A stretch of 41,238 nucleotides of DNA from an uncultured Opitutia bacterium (GTDB lineage Bacteria > Verrucomicrobiota > Verrucomicrobiia > Opitutales > UBA953). Shown in pieces: positions 31,913 through 40,277 of the stretch. The stretch is taken from positions 1 through 41,238 of the forward strand of contig CAIXQT010000012.1 in the NCBI GenBank assembly GCA_903921665.1, written 5' to 3'. Positions within the stretch are counted from its first letter, which is position 1; the number at the start of each line of letters is the position of its first letter. The notes beneath the pieces are model-generated. The model did no database searches. It was not told the DNA's origin and worked only from the letters and a program-made list of their open reading frames with translations. Made by a program: the position numbers and the translations under genes.

Positions 31913-32476
31913 TCAGCGATGCCCGCGCTGACGAACCGCCTCGAAAAGGCACACGCCGGCGGAGACGGACACGTTAAGGCAGGGGACCTGGCCGAGCATC
32001 GGGATGCGCAGCAGGAAATCGCACGTCTCGGCCGTCAGGTGGCGGATGCCGTCGCCTTCGGCGCCGAGCACGATCGCCAGCGGACCGCTCAGCTTGGCGG
32101 CGTAAAGGGATTGGCTCGCCTTATGGTCGGACGTGCCGGCCAGCCAGACGCCTGCGTCCTTCAGCTTCACGAGGGCGTTGCGGAGATTGTTCGCCTGGAC
32201 GATCGGCATCGTCTCGGCGGCGCCCACGGCGACCTTGCGGACCGTATCCGTGACCGGAGCGGAGTTCTTACGGGTGATGACCACGAAGGCGCAGCCGGCG
32301 CATTCGGCGTTGCGCAGGCAAGCGCCGAGGTTGTGGGGGTCCTGGACGCCGTCGAGGACGAGGATCAGGGGGTCCTTGACGTCCTTGAGCAGCGCGGGGA
32401 TGTCCCCTTCGTCGTAGAGACGGACCGGCTTATGCAGGTCGGCGTGGCGCGGTGCGCGATCGTTGCTCCGGGCCAT
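31913..32476 (-). CDS. SpoU/TrmH-family RNA 2'-O-methyltransferase (RlmB-like catalytic domain)
   Basis: 'VLDGVQDPHNLGACLRNAECAG', 'IVLGAEGDGIR' and 'IPMLGQVPCLNVSVSAGVCLFE'. Start taken at ATG 32476, 7 nt after the asd stop. The longer ORF-track start would overlap asd. Confidence 0.85.
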   Translation of the reverse strand: MARSNDRAPRHADLHKPVRLYDEGDIPALLKDVKDPLILVLDGVQDPHNLGACLRNAECAGCAFVVITRKNSAPVTDTVRKVAVGAAETMPIVQANNLRNALVKLKDAGVWLAGTSDHKASQSLYAAKLSGPLAIVLGAEGDGIRHLTAETCDFLLRIPMLGQVPCLNVSVSAGVCLFEAVRQRGHR

Positions 32477-32483
32477 GGTCGGC

Positions 32484-33503
32484 TTACTTGCGGGCGAGAC
32501 GACCCTGGGCGTGGAGCGCTTCGGCGATCTGGATCGCATTCAGCGCGGCGCCCTTCCAAAGCTGGTCGCCCGAGACCCAGAGGGAGATGCCGTTATCGAA
32601 GAGGGTGTCCTTGCGGAGGCGGCCGACGCCGCACTTCTCCTTGCCGGCGTAATCGAGCGGCATCGGATACTTCTTGTTGGCCGGATCGTCGCAAAGTTCG
32701 GCGCCGGGGAAGGCGCTGATGGCCTTGCGGGCGGCCGCGATGTCGACCGGCTTTTCGAATTCGGCGCTGATGGCGATCGAGTGGGCGCGGAAGACCGGGA
32801 CGCGGACGCAGGTGGTGGTCACCTTGAGGCCGGGCAGATCCATGATCTTGCGGCCTTCGTTGAGCATCTTCATCTCTTCCTTGGTGTAGCCGTCCTCGAG
32901 GAACGAATCCACCTGGGGGATGAGGTTGAAGTTGATCGTGTGCGGGTAGACCTTCGGGGCGAGGGTCTCACCTTTGGCCCAGGCGCGCGCCTGGGCGTCG
33001 AGTTCGCGCATCGCTTCGGCGCCGGTGCCGGAGACGGCCTGGTAGGTCGAGGCGAAGAAACGCTTCAGGCCGAAGGCCTGATGGAGGGGGTACAGGCCCA
33101 TCAGCGCGATGGCGGTCGAACAGTTCGGGTTGGCGATGATGCCCTTATGGTTGGCGAGGTGGTGCGCGTTGATTTCCGGGATGACGAGCGGGACATCCGG
33201 ATACATGCGGTAGGCGGAGCTGTTATCGATCACGATACAGCCGCGCTTCACGGCTTCAGGGGCGAGGGCGAGGGAGATCGAGCCGCCGGCGCTGAAGATG
33301 GCGAAATCAAGCCCTTCGAAGGCCTCGGGCTTAGCTTCCTGGACGGTCCATTCCTTGCCGCCATAGCTGACCTTGGAACCGGCCGAGCGGGCCGAAGCCA
33401 AGGGGCGGAGTTCGGCCACGGGGAAGTTACGCTTGGCCATGAGCGCCAGCAGTTCTTGACCCACCGCGCCTGTCACGCCCACGATGCCGATACGATATGC
33501 CAT
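32484..33503 (-). CDS. asd: Aspartate-semialdehyde dehydrogenase
   Basis: 'RIGIVGVTGAVGQELL' NAD(P) motif. Active-site 'NPNCSTAIALMGLYPLH'. 'RVPVFRAHS'. Confidence 0.95.
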   Translation of the reverse strand: MAYRIGIVGVTGAVGQELLALMAKRNFPVAELRPLASARSAGSKVSYGGKEWTVQEAKPEAFEGLDFAIFSAGGSISLALAPEAVKRGCIVIDNSSAYRMYPDVPLVIPEINAHHLANHKGIIANPNCSTAIALMGLYPLHQAFGLKRFFASTYQAVSGTGAEAMRELDAQARAWAKGETLAPKVYPHTINFNLIPQVDSFLEDGYTKEEMKMLNEGRKIMDLPGLKVTTTCVRVPVFRAHSIAISAEFEKPVDIAAARKAISAFPGAELCDDPANKKYPMPLDYAGKEKCGVGRLRKDTLFDNGISLWVSGDQLWKGAALNAIQIAEALHAQGRLARK

Positions 33504-34057
33504 GTTCTGAGTTCGAGTTAGGTTTGAAGAAGGAGGTGACCGAACGCCTGAAAGGGCTCGGTCTGCCTTCTGCGGAAGATTGCATCGTTGTGTCGATTGA
33601 CCAGCAAAAACTATGGCATTTCCAAGGGCAGGAATGCCGCACCTACGTCGTCAGTACCGCCAGGGCCGGCCGTGGCTGCGTCCAGGATTCCCTCCAGACC
33701 CCGGACGGACTTCATCAGGTCTGCGAGAAGATCGGAGAGGGCGCCGTTCCGGGCATGGTCTTCAAGACCCGAAAGCCAACGGGTAAGCTCGCCTCGGAGT
33801 GGGCTTCGCCCGAGGACAATCTCATCACCTCGCGCATCCTTTGGCTGGACGGACTGGAACCCGGGCGCAACCAGGGTATGGACGCGCAAGGTCGGCTCGT
33901 CGACACGCGCCGACGTTTCGTCTATATCCACGGCACGAATCAACAGGACAAGTTAGGCCAACCGAACAGTCACGGGTGCGTCTTGCTCTCGGACCGCGAC
34001 GTCATCCAGCTATTCGATCTGGTGCCCGTCGGCACGCCGGTGTTGCTACGGGATTAA
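33497..34057 (+). CDS. L,D-transpeptidase (YkuD domain) family protein
   Basis: Catalytic motif 'VYIHGTNQQDKLGQPNSHGCVLL'. The start is uncertain. ATG 33497 overlaps the divergent asd start by 7 nt, and in-frame GTG 33536 lies immediately after an AAGGAG. Confidence 0.8.
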   Translation: MPCSEFELGLKKEVTERLKGLGLPSAEDCIVVSIDQQKLWHFQGQECRTYVVSTARAGRGCVQDSLQTPDGLHQVCEKIGEGAVPGMVFKTRKPTGKLASEWASPEDNLITSRILWLDGLEPGRNQGMDAQGRLVDTRRRFVYIHGTNQQDKLGQPNSHGCVLLSDRDVIQLFDLVPVGTPVLLRD

Positions 34058-36165
34058 CGCGCGGGGTCGGCCTTCGGCTTGGGCTGGGAGGACGAATCAG
34101 CCGTCGCGGCCCAGGCTTCCAACATCTCCTTGGCGACCGGCCCGGCCGTCTTGCCGCCCCAAGTATTCGTATCCAGCTGGCCTTCGACGAGCACTGCGAA
34201 GGCGACCACGGGGTTGTCAGCAGGGGCATAGCCGATCATCCAAGCAAGGTGGGCCTTTTCGCCTTTCTGGAAATACTCGGTGGTGCCCGTCTTGCCGGCA
34301 TAAGGCAGCCCCGGGATGCGGGCGACGCGGGCCGTGCCTTCTTCGACGCAGCGGACCATGCCTCCGTGGATCGCATCGAGCTGAGCCTTGCTGAGCCCGA
34401 TGGGCTCGGCGCCTTGGTGTCGGCCATCCCGACGCGCATCATGGATGATCGAGGGCGTGGTCCGGGTCTCACCACGCGCCAGCGAGGCGGCGAAACACGC
34501 CATATGTAGCGGAGTCGTCAGCAAGTAGCCCTGACCGATGGACAGGTTGGCGGTATCGCCGTCGTTCCAAGGTCCCGCTTTGATACGAAGCTTATATTCC
34601 CGATCCGGCACGACCAAGCCGCGCGAGGCGGCGAACGGGAGCTCGGTCATCGGCAGGCCGCCGCTCTCGACGTCGCTGACGGTATTGAGCAGAGGGCTAT
34701 CCAGCCCGAACCGACGGGCCTCGGCGGAAAGCGCCTCGATGCCGGTACGCAGCCCGACTTGGTAGTTCCAGACATTGCAAGAGATCGCCAGCATCTTATC
34801 GACGTCCACGTCGCCGAAACCGACGGGCTCGTGTTCAGGGAAGTCGCGGTTGCCCACCTTGAAGAAGGCTCCGCATTCGAGCACGTCATCCCAATCGACG
34901 ACCTTCTTGCGCATGCCGGCGATGGCCGTGATGACCTTGAACGTCGAACCAGGTGAGTAGAGCCCTTGGGTGGCGCGATTAAGCCAGGCGCCGGACTTGT
35001 CGACTTCGTCGTAGTAAGCCGACGAGACCCGATCCGCCAAGCGGTTGGGGTCGAAGGTCGGCTGACTGGCCAAGGCCAAGATCTCGCCGGTACGGACGTC
35101 GAGCATCACGGCGGCGGCCGGTAGGAGCTTGCCTTGCGGATCCTTGATCTTGGCTAGTCCCGCCTCCGTCGCTTGCTGGATGCGATAGTCGAGGGACAGG
35201 ATGACGTTGCTGCCTTGGGCCGCCTCGCTGTGCTTCAGCCTCGTCTGATTATACCCGGACGATGTCTTGGTCCAGAGTTCCCAGCCGGTCTGGCCGCTCA
35301 GCACATGGTTGTAGGTCAGTTCGACGCCAGCGGCGCCGGTCTTGCCAGTGTAGTGCAGCTTCTGCAGCGCCTCGATCCGGACATCCGAGATGTCGTTGAC
35401 GTTCTCCGGCAGCTGGTCCGTGTCCTTGACGTAGCCGAGCACGTGCGACGCCAGCGCTCCGTAAGGGTAGGTGCGGATGTTATCCGACTCGAGCCGGATA
35501 GGACCTTCGACCGGGAACTGCTCGATGAAGCGAGCCACAGATCTTGAACCCTCTTCGGGAGTCTGCGCCTGGTTCGCACCGGGGAAGGCGAGATCGGAGA
35601 CGAGCGTGAAGGGCAGGGCGCGTCGTTCGCGGAGATGCCTGCGGAGTTGCTCAAGGCTGATCTGACGCTCGCCCGGCGCGGTGACGGGCACCACCTTGGA
35701 CGTAGGTCGGCTCAGCTTGGCGCTGCGGTTGGTCTCATCGATGACGAACCAGACCTTGTTCAGCCAACCTTGCAGGACGCGCACCCTGGCGACTTCCATC
35801 AGTCGCTCACGGTCGATCTGGACAGCATCGCGGGCTTTTTCCGCCGCGATAAGCCGCAGGTATTCCGAGCGAAACTCCTTCTGCAAGGCGGCCAGATCCG
35901 CCTTGACGCTCCAGCGAGCACGGCTGTCGACCAGGGCGAAACCGTTGCGATCGTAGATTCGTCCGCGAGCCGGAGGGCGCAGGACCACGCGCTGGCTCTG
36001 CGTGTCCGACTGCTCCTTGAGGTCGCCCGCCTGTACCAGCTGACGATAGGCCAGGCCGCCGGCGACATAAAGGAAGCCGGCGAGGAAGAACGCGAAGACT
36101 CCGTAAAGGCGCAGACGCCCGACCGGAGTAGAGGGCAACACCCGCATGTCATTCGGTTCCTTCAT
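34054..36165 (-). CDS. mrdA: Penicillin-binding protein 2 (elongasome peptidoglycan D,D-transpeptidase)
   Basis: SxxK 'GSTFKVITA', SxN 'AISCNVW' and KTG 'GKTGTT'. Start at ATG 36165 (MKEPNDMRV..., followed by a TM helix) overlaps the mreD stop as ATGA. Confidence 0.9.
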   Translation of the reverse strand: MKEPNDMRVLPSTPVGRLRLYGVFAFFLAGFLYVAGGLAYRQLVQAGDLKEQSDTQSQRVVLRPPARGRIYDRNGFALVDSRARWSVKADLAALQKEFRSEYLRLIAAEKARDAVQIDRERLMEVARVRVLQGWLNKVWFVIDETNRSAKLSRPTSKVVPVTAPGERQISLEQLRRHLRERRALPFTLVSDLAFPGANQAQTPEEGSRSVARFIEQFPVEGPIRLESDNIRTYPYGALASHVLGYVKDTDQLPENVNDISDVRIEALQKLHYTGKTGAAGVELTYNHVLSGQTGWELWTKTSSGYNQTRLKHSEAAQGSNVILSLDYRIQQATEAGLAKIKDPQGKLLPAAAVMLDVRTGEILALASQPTFDPNRLADRVSSAYYDEVDKSGAWLNRATQGLYSPGSTFKVITAIAGMRKKVVDWDDVLECGAFFKVGNRDFPEHEPVGFGDVDVDKMLAISCNVWNYQVGLRTGIEALSAEARRFGLDSPLLNTVSDVESGGLPMTELPFAASRGLVVPDREYKLRIKAGPWNDGDTANLSIGQGYLLTTPLHMACFAASLARGETRTTPSIIHDARRDGRHQGAEPIGLSKAQLDAIHGGMVRCVEEGTARVARIPGLPYAGKTGTTEYFQKGEKAHLAWMIGYAPADNPVVAFAVLVEGQLDTNTWGGKTAGPVAKEMLEAWAATADSSSQPKPKADPAR

Positions 36166-36680
36166 GGCGTCTCCGGGGCGGGTGGCACGCCGAGCCGGTC
36201 CATCGCGGCATTCTGCGTCAAAGCCACCGGCAGAAGGACGACGACACCCAAGAGGCCTGCGACCAGCATTTGCAGACAGAATTGGCCGAAGGGGTCGACG
36301 GCTACGACCGGGGCAAGGAAGGCGGCGCCAAGATACCAACAAAGGCAGGCCAAGATGTTCACGATGACGGCGGCCCGAAGCATGCCCGGGGTGTTGCGGA
36401 GCAGCTGGCGATTAGAGGAGAGGAAAATCACGGAAGCGACCAAGACGAGCGCGACGGTACCGTCCGGGACGGGTCGGCGAGCTTCGAACAAGAAACCCAG
36501 AAACGCCGCGAAGAGAACGGCCTGCCATCGACGTAAGCGGCGACTAGGCGCGATGAGGCAGGCCCCGGAGACGAAGAGCGTCAGCGAAGAAGACGCGAAG
36601 ACGTCGGAGGCCAGGTCGGCGCCGAGCAACCATGGGTAGGTCGCTAGCGCCAGGATCAGCCATGCCCAGCCCATGGTCAC
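36162..36680 (-). CDS. mreD: Rod shape-determining protein MreD
   Basis: A small polytopic membrane protein positioned between mreC and mrdA. GTG 36680 overlaps the mreC stop as GTGA. ATG 36674 is an alternative start. Confidence 0.7.
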   Translation of the reverse strand: MTMGWAWLILALATYPWLLGADLASDVFASSSLTLFVSGACLIAPSRRLRRWQAVLFAAFLGFLFEARRPVPDGTVALVLVASVIFLSSNRQLLRNTPGMLRAAVIVNILACLCWYLGAAFLAPVVAVDPFGQFCLQMLVAGLLGVVVLLPVALTQNAAMDRLGVPPAPETP

Positions 36681-37552
36681 TGGAATTGGTCTCCCTGCAT
36701 CAGCGCTTCCCCCGGATTCTGATGCAGCGGGACGAGCACGGACACTTCCTGAAGATTATAAAGATCCCGGGACGGGATGAGCAGGCTCTCCTTGAAATTA
36801 CCGACCGGCGTCGAATAGGTGCCACCATCGAGATATCCCAGCAATAGTCGGCTCGGGAAGACGCCGCCCATGCCGGTGGTGAAGACGCGGGCCGGCTGGC
36901 CGGCTGGCGGAGTATAGTCATGCGGAATCACGCTGACGCGGGATTTGGCGGTCCCGAGCGAATTAGCGGCGACGCCGTTCACGAGCGCGATCCGGTTCTG
37001 CTCGTCGCCTTCAAGGTAAGCCGTGCAGCGGAAGCCGGGACTGGTCACGAGGTCGACTTCGCTGGTCGTGAGGTGGACGGCGGTGACGCGTCCGACGACG
37101 TTATTGCCGAAGACGACGGGGGCTCCCGGGCGGATGCCATCGTTACGTCCTTTGCGGATCACGATGCGTTGCCACCAGGAGGAACTGTCGCGGGTGGCGA
37201 CACGGGCGACGACCGACATGTACTCGGCGGGGACGACGTAGCGGGTGATTTCCCGCAGTCGAACGTTCTCGCGACGAACGTCGTCCATCGCGTTCAGCTT
37301 GATCTCCAAGGCGGCGTTGATGCGGGCGAGATCCCGGCCGGCCGCGGCCATCTCCTCGGTCGAGCGGCTCTTCTTCTCCCAGAAGGTCGCCATGTCGCGC
37401 GACTTGCCCAAAAGGTGCAGGGCCGGTGCTTGGAATTCGGCGAACGCCTCGCGGTTCAGGCGGCGGACGGCGGACGGCAGCAACACCCACAGCGCGACGA
37501 AGATCGCGAGGGCGACATAGGAAGCGCGGGCACCTTGACGATTCTGATCCAT
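36677..37552 (-). CDS. mreC: Rod shape-determining protein MreC
   Basis: Start at ATG 37552 (MDQNRQGARASYVALAIFVAL...: N-terminal TM, then a coiled-coil 'EEMAAAGRDLARINAALEIKLNAMDDVRRENVRL', then a beta-barrel 'GAPVVFGNNVVGRVTAV'). It lies directly downstream of mreB. Confidence 0.85.
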   Translation of the reverse strand: MDQNRQGARASYVALAIFVALWVLLPSAVRRLNREAFAEFQAPALHLLGKSRDMATFWEKKSRSTEEMAAAGRDLARINAALEIKLNAMDDVRRENVRLREITRYVVPAEYMSVVARVATRDSSSWWQRIVIRKGRNDGIRPGAPVVFGNNVVGRVTAVHLTTSEVDLVTSPGFRCTAYLEGDEQNRIALVNGVAANSLGTAKSRVSVIPHDYTPPAGQPARVFTTGMGGVFPSRLLLGYLDGGTYSTPVGNFKESLLIPSRDLYNLQEVSVLVPLHQNPGEALMQGDQFQ

Positions 37553-37575
37553 GGCGGGTCGGCCCGCAGGCGGGC

Positions 37576-38592
37576 TTAGTCTCGGCCGCTCCAGCGGGAG
37601 GAGTTGGCGAGGATCTTGCCGGTGCCGTTGACGACGGCGCAAAGAGGGTCTTCGGCGACGAAGACCGGCAGACCGGTGGCCTCCGAGATGGCTCGGTCAA
37701 TCTTGCGGATGAGGGAGCCGCCGCCGGCGAGCACGATGCCGCGGTCGACCAAGTCGGAGGAAAGTTCGGGCGGGATACGCTCCAGCGAGCCTTTCACGGC
37801 CTCGATGATCTGGTTGATGTTATCCGCCATCGCTTCGCGGACCTCCTGGGAGGTGAGGTGCAGCTGACGGGGGAGACCCGTGACGTTGTCGCGACCCTTG
37901 ACCTCGAAGGTGAGCTCCTGCTCCAATGCGTAAGCGGAACCGATCTTGATTTTGATCTCTTCGGCCGTGCGTTCGCCGATGATCAGATTGTAGGAATTGC
38001 GGATATACTTGATGATCGACATGTCGAACTCATCGCCGCCGACGCGGATGGAGCGGGCATGCACGATGCCGCCAAGCGAAAGCACGGCTACTTCGGTGGT
38101 GCCGCCGCCGATGTCGACGATCATCGAGCCGGTGGGCTCTTCGACCGGGAGGCCGACGCCGATGGCGGAAGCGACCGGCTCAGGGATCGTGATCACATCG
38201 TCGGCTCCGGCGCGATAGGCCGAGTCCATGACGGCACGGCGTTCGACGGCGGTGATACCGTAAGGAACGGCGACGACGACGGTGAGATTGGTGAAGAGGG
38301 ATTTGCGGGCGACCTTGCCGATGAAATAGCGGAGCATGTGCTCGCTGATCTCGAAGTCGGCGATGACCCCGTCCTTCATCGGGCGCAGGGCCTGGATGTC
38401 ACCAGGTGTACGGCCCAGCATCATGCGCGCCTCGTTGCCGACGGCGATCGGCTTGCGGGTGCTGGTCCGGATGGCGACGACGCTCGGCTCGCGGAGGACG
38501 ACGCCGCGATCCTTGAGGAAGACAAGCGTGTTGGCCGTGCCAAGGTCGATGCCGATGGCTTGGGTGAATAGCCCGGGGAAGCGCTTAAACAT
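37576..38592 (-). CDS. mreB: Rod shape-determining actin homologue MreB
   Basis: 'MFKRFPGLFTQAIGIDLGTANTLVF' aligns with the canonical MreB N-terminus, so ATG 38592 is preferred over 38631. 'DIGGGTTEVAVLSLGGIV' and 'GIVLAGGGSLIRKIDRAISEATGLPV' are also present. Confidence 0.95.
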   Translation of the reverse strand: MFKRFPGLFTQAIGIDLGTANTLVFLKDRGVVLREPSVVAIRTSTRKPIAVGNEARMMLGRTPGDIQALRPMKDGVIADFEISEHMLRYFIGKVARKSLFTNLTVVVAVPYGITAVERRAVMDSAYRAGADDVITIPEPVASAIGVGLPVEEPTGSMIVDIGGGTTEVAVLSLGGIVHARSIRVGGDEFDMSIIKYIRNSYNLIIGERTAEEIKIKIGSAYALEQELTFEVKGRDNVTGLPRQLHLTSQEVREAMADNINQIIEAVKGSLERIPPELSSDLVDRGIVLAGGGSLIRKIDRAISEATGLPVFVAEDPLCAVVNGTGKILANSSRWSGRD

Positions 38593-38890
38593 CAGGGTCG
38601 TGGTGGTTTCCTTTATGAACAGTTTATTCACAGCATAGTCAAATGAAACTTCGCCACCTAAGGGAAGGGGAGGGGCGTCATAAGATTCAACCAGACAGCG
38701 AGATAGGCGGCGGCAAGAGCCTGACCACAGAACCTATTCACATCTGCCTTCCCGTTCCGTCTGCCCGGCCGACCCACGTCGAAGACCGACGACGCTATGG
38801 TGGGTCGTTCCGTCGTTTGAGCCCTATCGGCCGGGGAGCATGGGACTTGCGACTCATGCCAGGGGTCATAATAAATATTCACCCCCTCCC

Positions 38891-40270
38891 ATGACACCCC
38901 AGCTCAATCGTCGGTCCTTTCTCCGCAATACCGGCCTGGCCGCCGCCGCTTTCGCGGTCTCCCGCCCTTGGCTTAATTCCGCCGGTCGAACGGTTTCGCC
39001 GAACGAAAAGCTCAACGTGGCCGCCATCGGCTTCGGCGGTGTCGGTTCAAGCAACGTCCGGGCCTCTTCCGATGAGAACATCGTCGCGCTCTGCGACCTG
39101 GACCTGGGCCGCTGCGGCGGCACGATCAAGCAGTTCCCGAAGGCGGCCCTCTACACCGACTTCCGCAAGATGCTCGACGAGCAGAAGGATATCGACGCCG
39201 TCATCATCGCCACGCCGGACCATTCGCACGCCTACATCGCGATGGAGTGCATGCGCCGTGGCAAGCACGTCTACGTCCAGAAGCCGATCTCGCATTCCGT
39301 CTTCGAAGCGCGCATCCTGACCGAGTCGGCTCACAAATATAAGGTCGTGACCCAGATGGGCAACCAGGGTCACTCCGGCGAAGGCATCCGTCAGGTCACC
39401 GAATGGATCGCCGCGGGTCTCATCGGCAAGGTGCGCGAAGTCCACACCTGGACCAACCGCCCCATCTGGCCGCAGAGCCTCGAGATGGACCGACCGACCG
39501 ATGTGCAGAACGCCCCCCAGGGCATGGATTGGAATGCTTGGTGTGGTCCGGCTCCGCTCCGTCCGTTCCACGCTTCCTACCACCCCGGCAAGTGGCGCGC
39601 TTGGTGGGATTTCGGCACCGGTTCGCTCGGTGACATGGGCTGCCATATCATCGACCCGGCCTTCATGGCCCTCAATCTCCAGTACCCTATCAGCGTCGAA
39701 GGCAATGTGTCGACCGTCTACGAAACCTTCGGCAAGAAGACCTCGGGCAAGAACGAATCCTATCCGCGTTCCTCGATCGTGCGCTTCAAGTTCCCGGCCC
39801 GCGGCGAGATGCCGCCCGTGACCCTCACGTGGTGGGACGGCGGCCTGATGCCCCAGCGCCCCGACGAACTCGAGGACGACATGCCGTTCGGCGATCCTAA
39901 TGGCGGTTGCCTGTTCGTCGGCGACAAGGGCAAGCTCGTCTGCGGTTGCTACGGACTCAACCCGCGCATCCTCAACGCCGACCTCCGCGCCGAGGCCAAG
40001 AAACTCGGTAAGACCATCCCGCGCATCCCCGGCAACTCGAACGGCCACGAGAAAGACTGGATTCGCGCCTGCAAGGGCGGCGTCGCCGCTTCGTCCAACT
40101 TCGACTACTCCGGACCGCTCTCGGAAATGGTGCTCATGGGCAACCTCGCTTCCCGTTTCCCGGACCGCAAGCTGCTCTGGGATGGTGCGAAGATGGAAGT
40201 GACGAACGACAAGGCCGCCAACGCCTATGTCCGTCGCGAATACCGCAAGGGTTTCGAACTCGGCACCTAA
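38891..40270 (+). CDS. Tat-exported Gfo/Idh/MocA-family oxidoreductase
   Basis: Start at ATG 38891 gives the Tat signal 'MTPQLNRRSFLRNTGLAAAAFAV'. Rossmann motif 'LNVAAIGFGGVGSSN'. 'ATPDHSHAYIAMECMRRGKHVYVQKP'. Confidence 0.9.
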   Translation: MTPQLNRRSFLRNTGLAAAAFAVSRPWLNSAGRTVSPNEKLNVAAIGFGGVGSSNVRASSDENIVALCDLDLGRCGGTIKQFPKAALYTDFRKMLDEQKDIDAVIIATPDHSHAYIAMECMRRGKHVYVQKPISHSVFEARILTESAHKYKVVTQMGNQGHSGEGIRQVTEWIAAGLIGKVREVHTWTNRPIWPQSLEMDRPTDVQNAPQGMDWNAWCGPAPLRPFHASYHPGKWRAWWDFGTGSLGDMGCHIIDPAFMALNLQYPISVEGNVSTVYETFGKKTSGKNESYPRSSIVRFKFPARGEMPPVTLTWWDGGLMPQRPDELEDDMPFGDPNGGCLFVGDKGKLVCGCYGLNPRILNADLRAEAKKLGKTIPRIPGNSNGHEKDWIRACKGGVAASSNFDYSGPLSEMVLMGNLASRFPDRKLLWDGAKMEVTNDKAANAYVRREYRKGFELGT

Positions 40271-40277
40271 GCCGCCC

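Noticed and set aside
32463-33521. 352-aa ORF antisense to asd, with analogous ORFs at 11644-12831, 22270-23121, 35635-36639, 37426-38571 and 39047-40048
   Set aside because: Each is the mirror frame of a gene with unambiguous catalytic motifs (asd, Gfo/Idh/MocA, DUF1501, mrdA, mreB, Gfo/Idh/MocA). None has features of a real protein.
38764-38835. 9-bp GC-rich inverted repeat (CCCGGCCGA / TCGGCCGGG) with nested complementarity in the mreB / oxidoreductase intergenic region; possible structured RNA
   Set aside because: By rough estimate, perfect 9-bp inverted repeats within ~100 nt may arise by chance in GC-rich DNA. I saw no terminator tail or known motif. It is worth a covariance check but is not supportable from this window alone.
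38643-38897. 83-aa (+) and 79-aa (-) ORFs in the mreB upstream intergenic region
   Set aside because: The two overlap each other. Their composition is not protein-like, there are no motifs, and the plus ORF runs into the Tat-signal start of the next gene.
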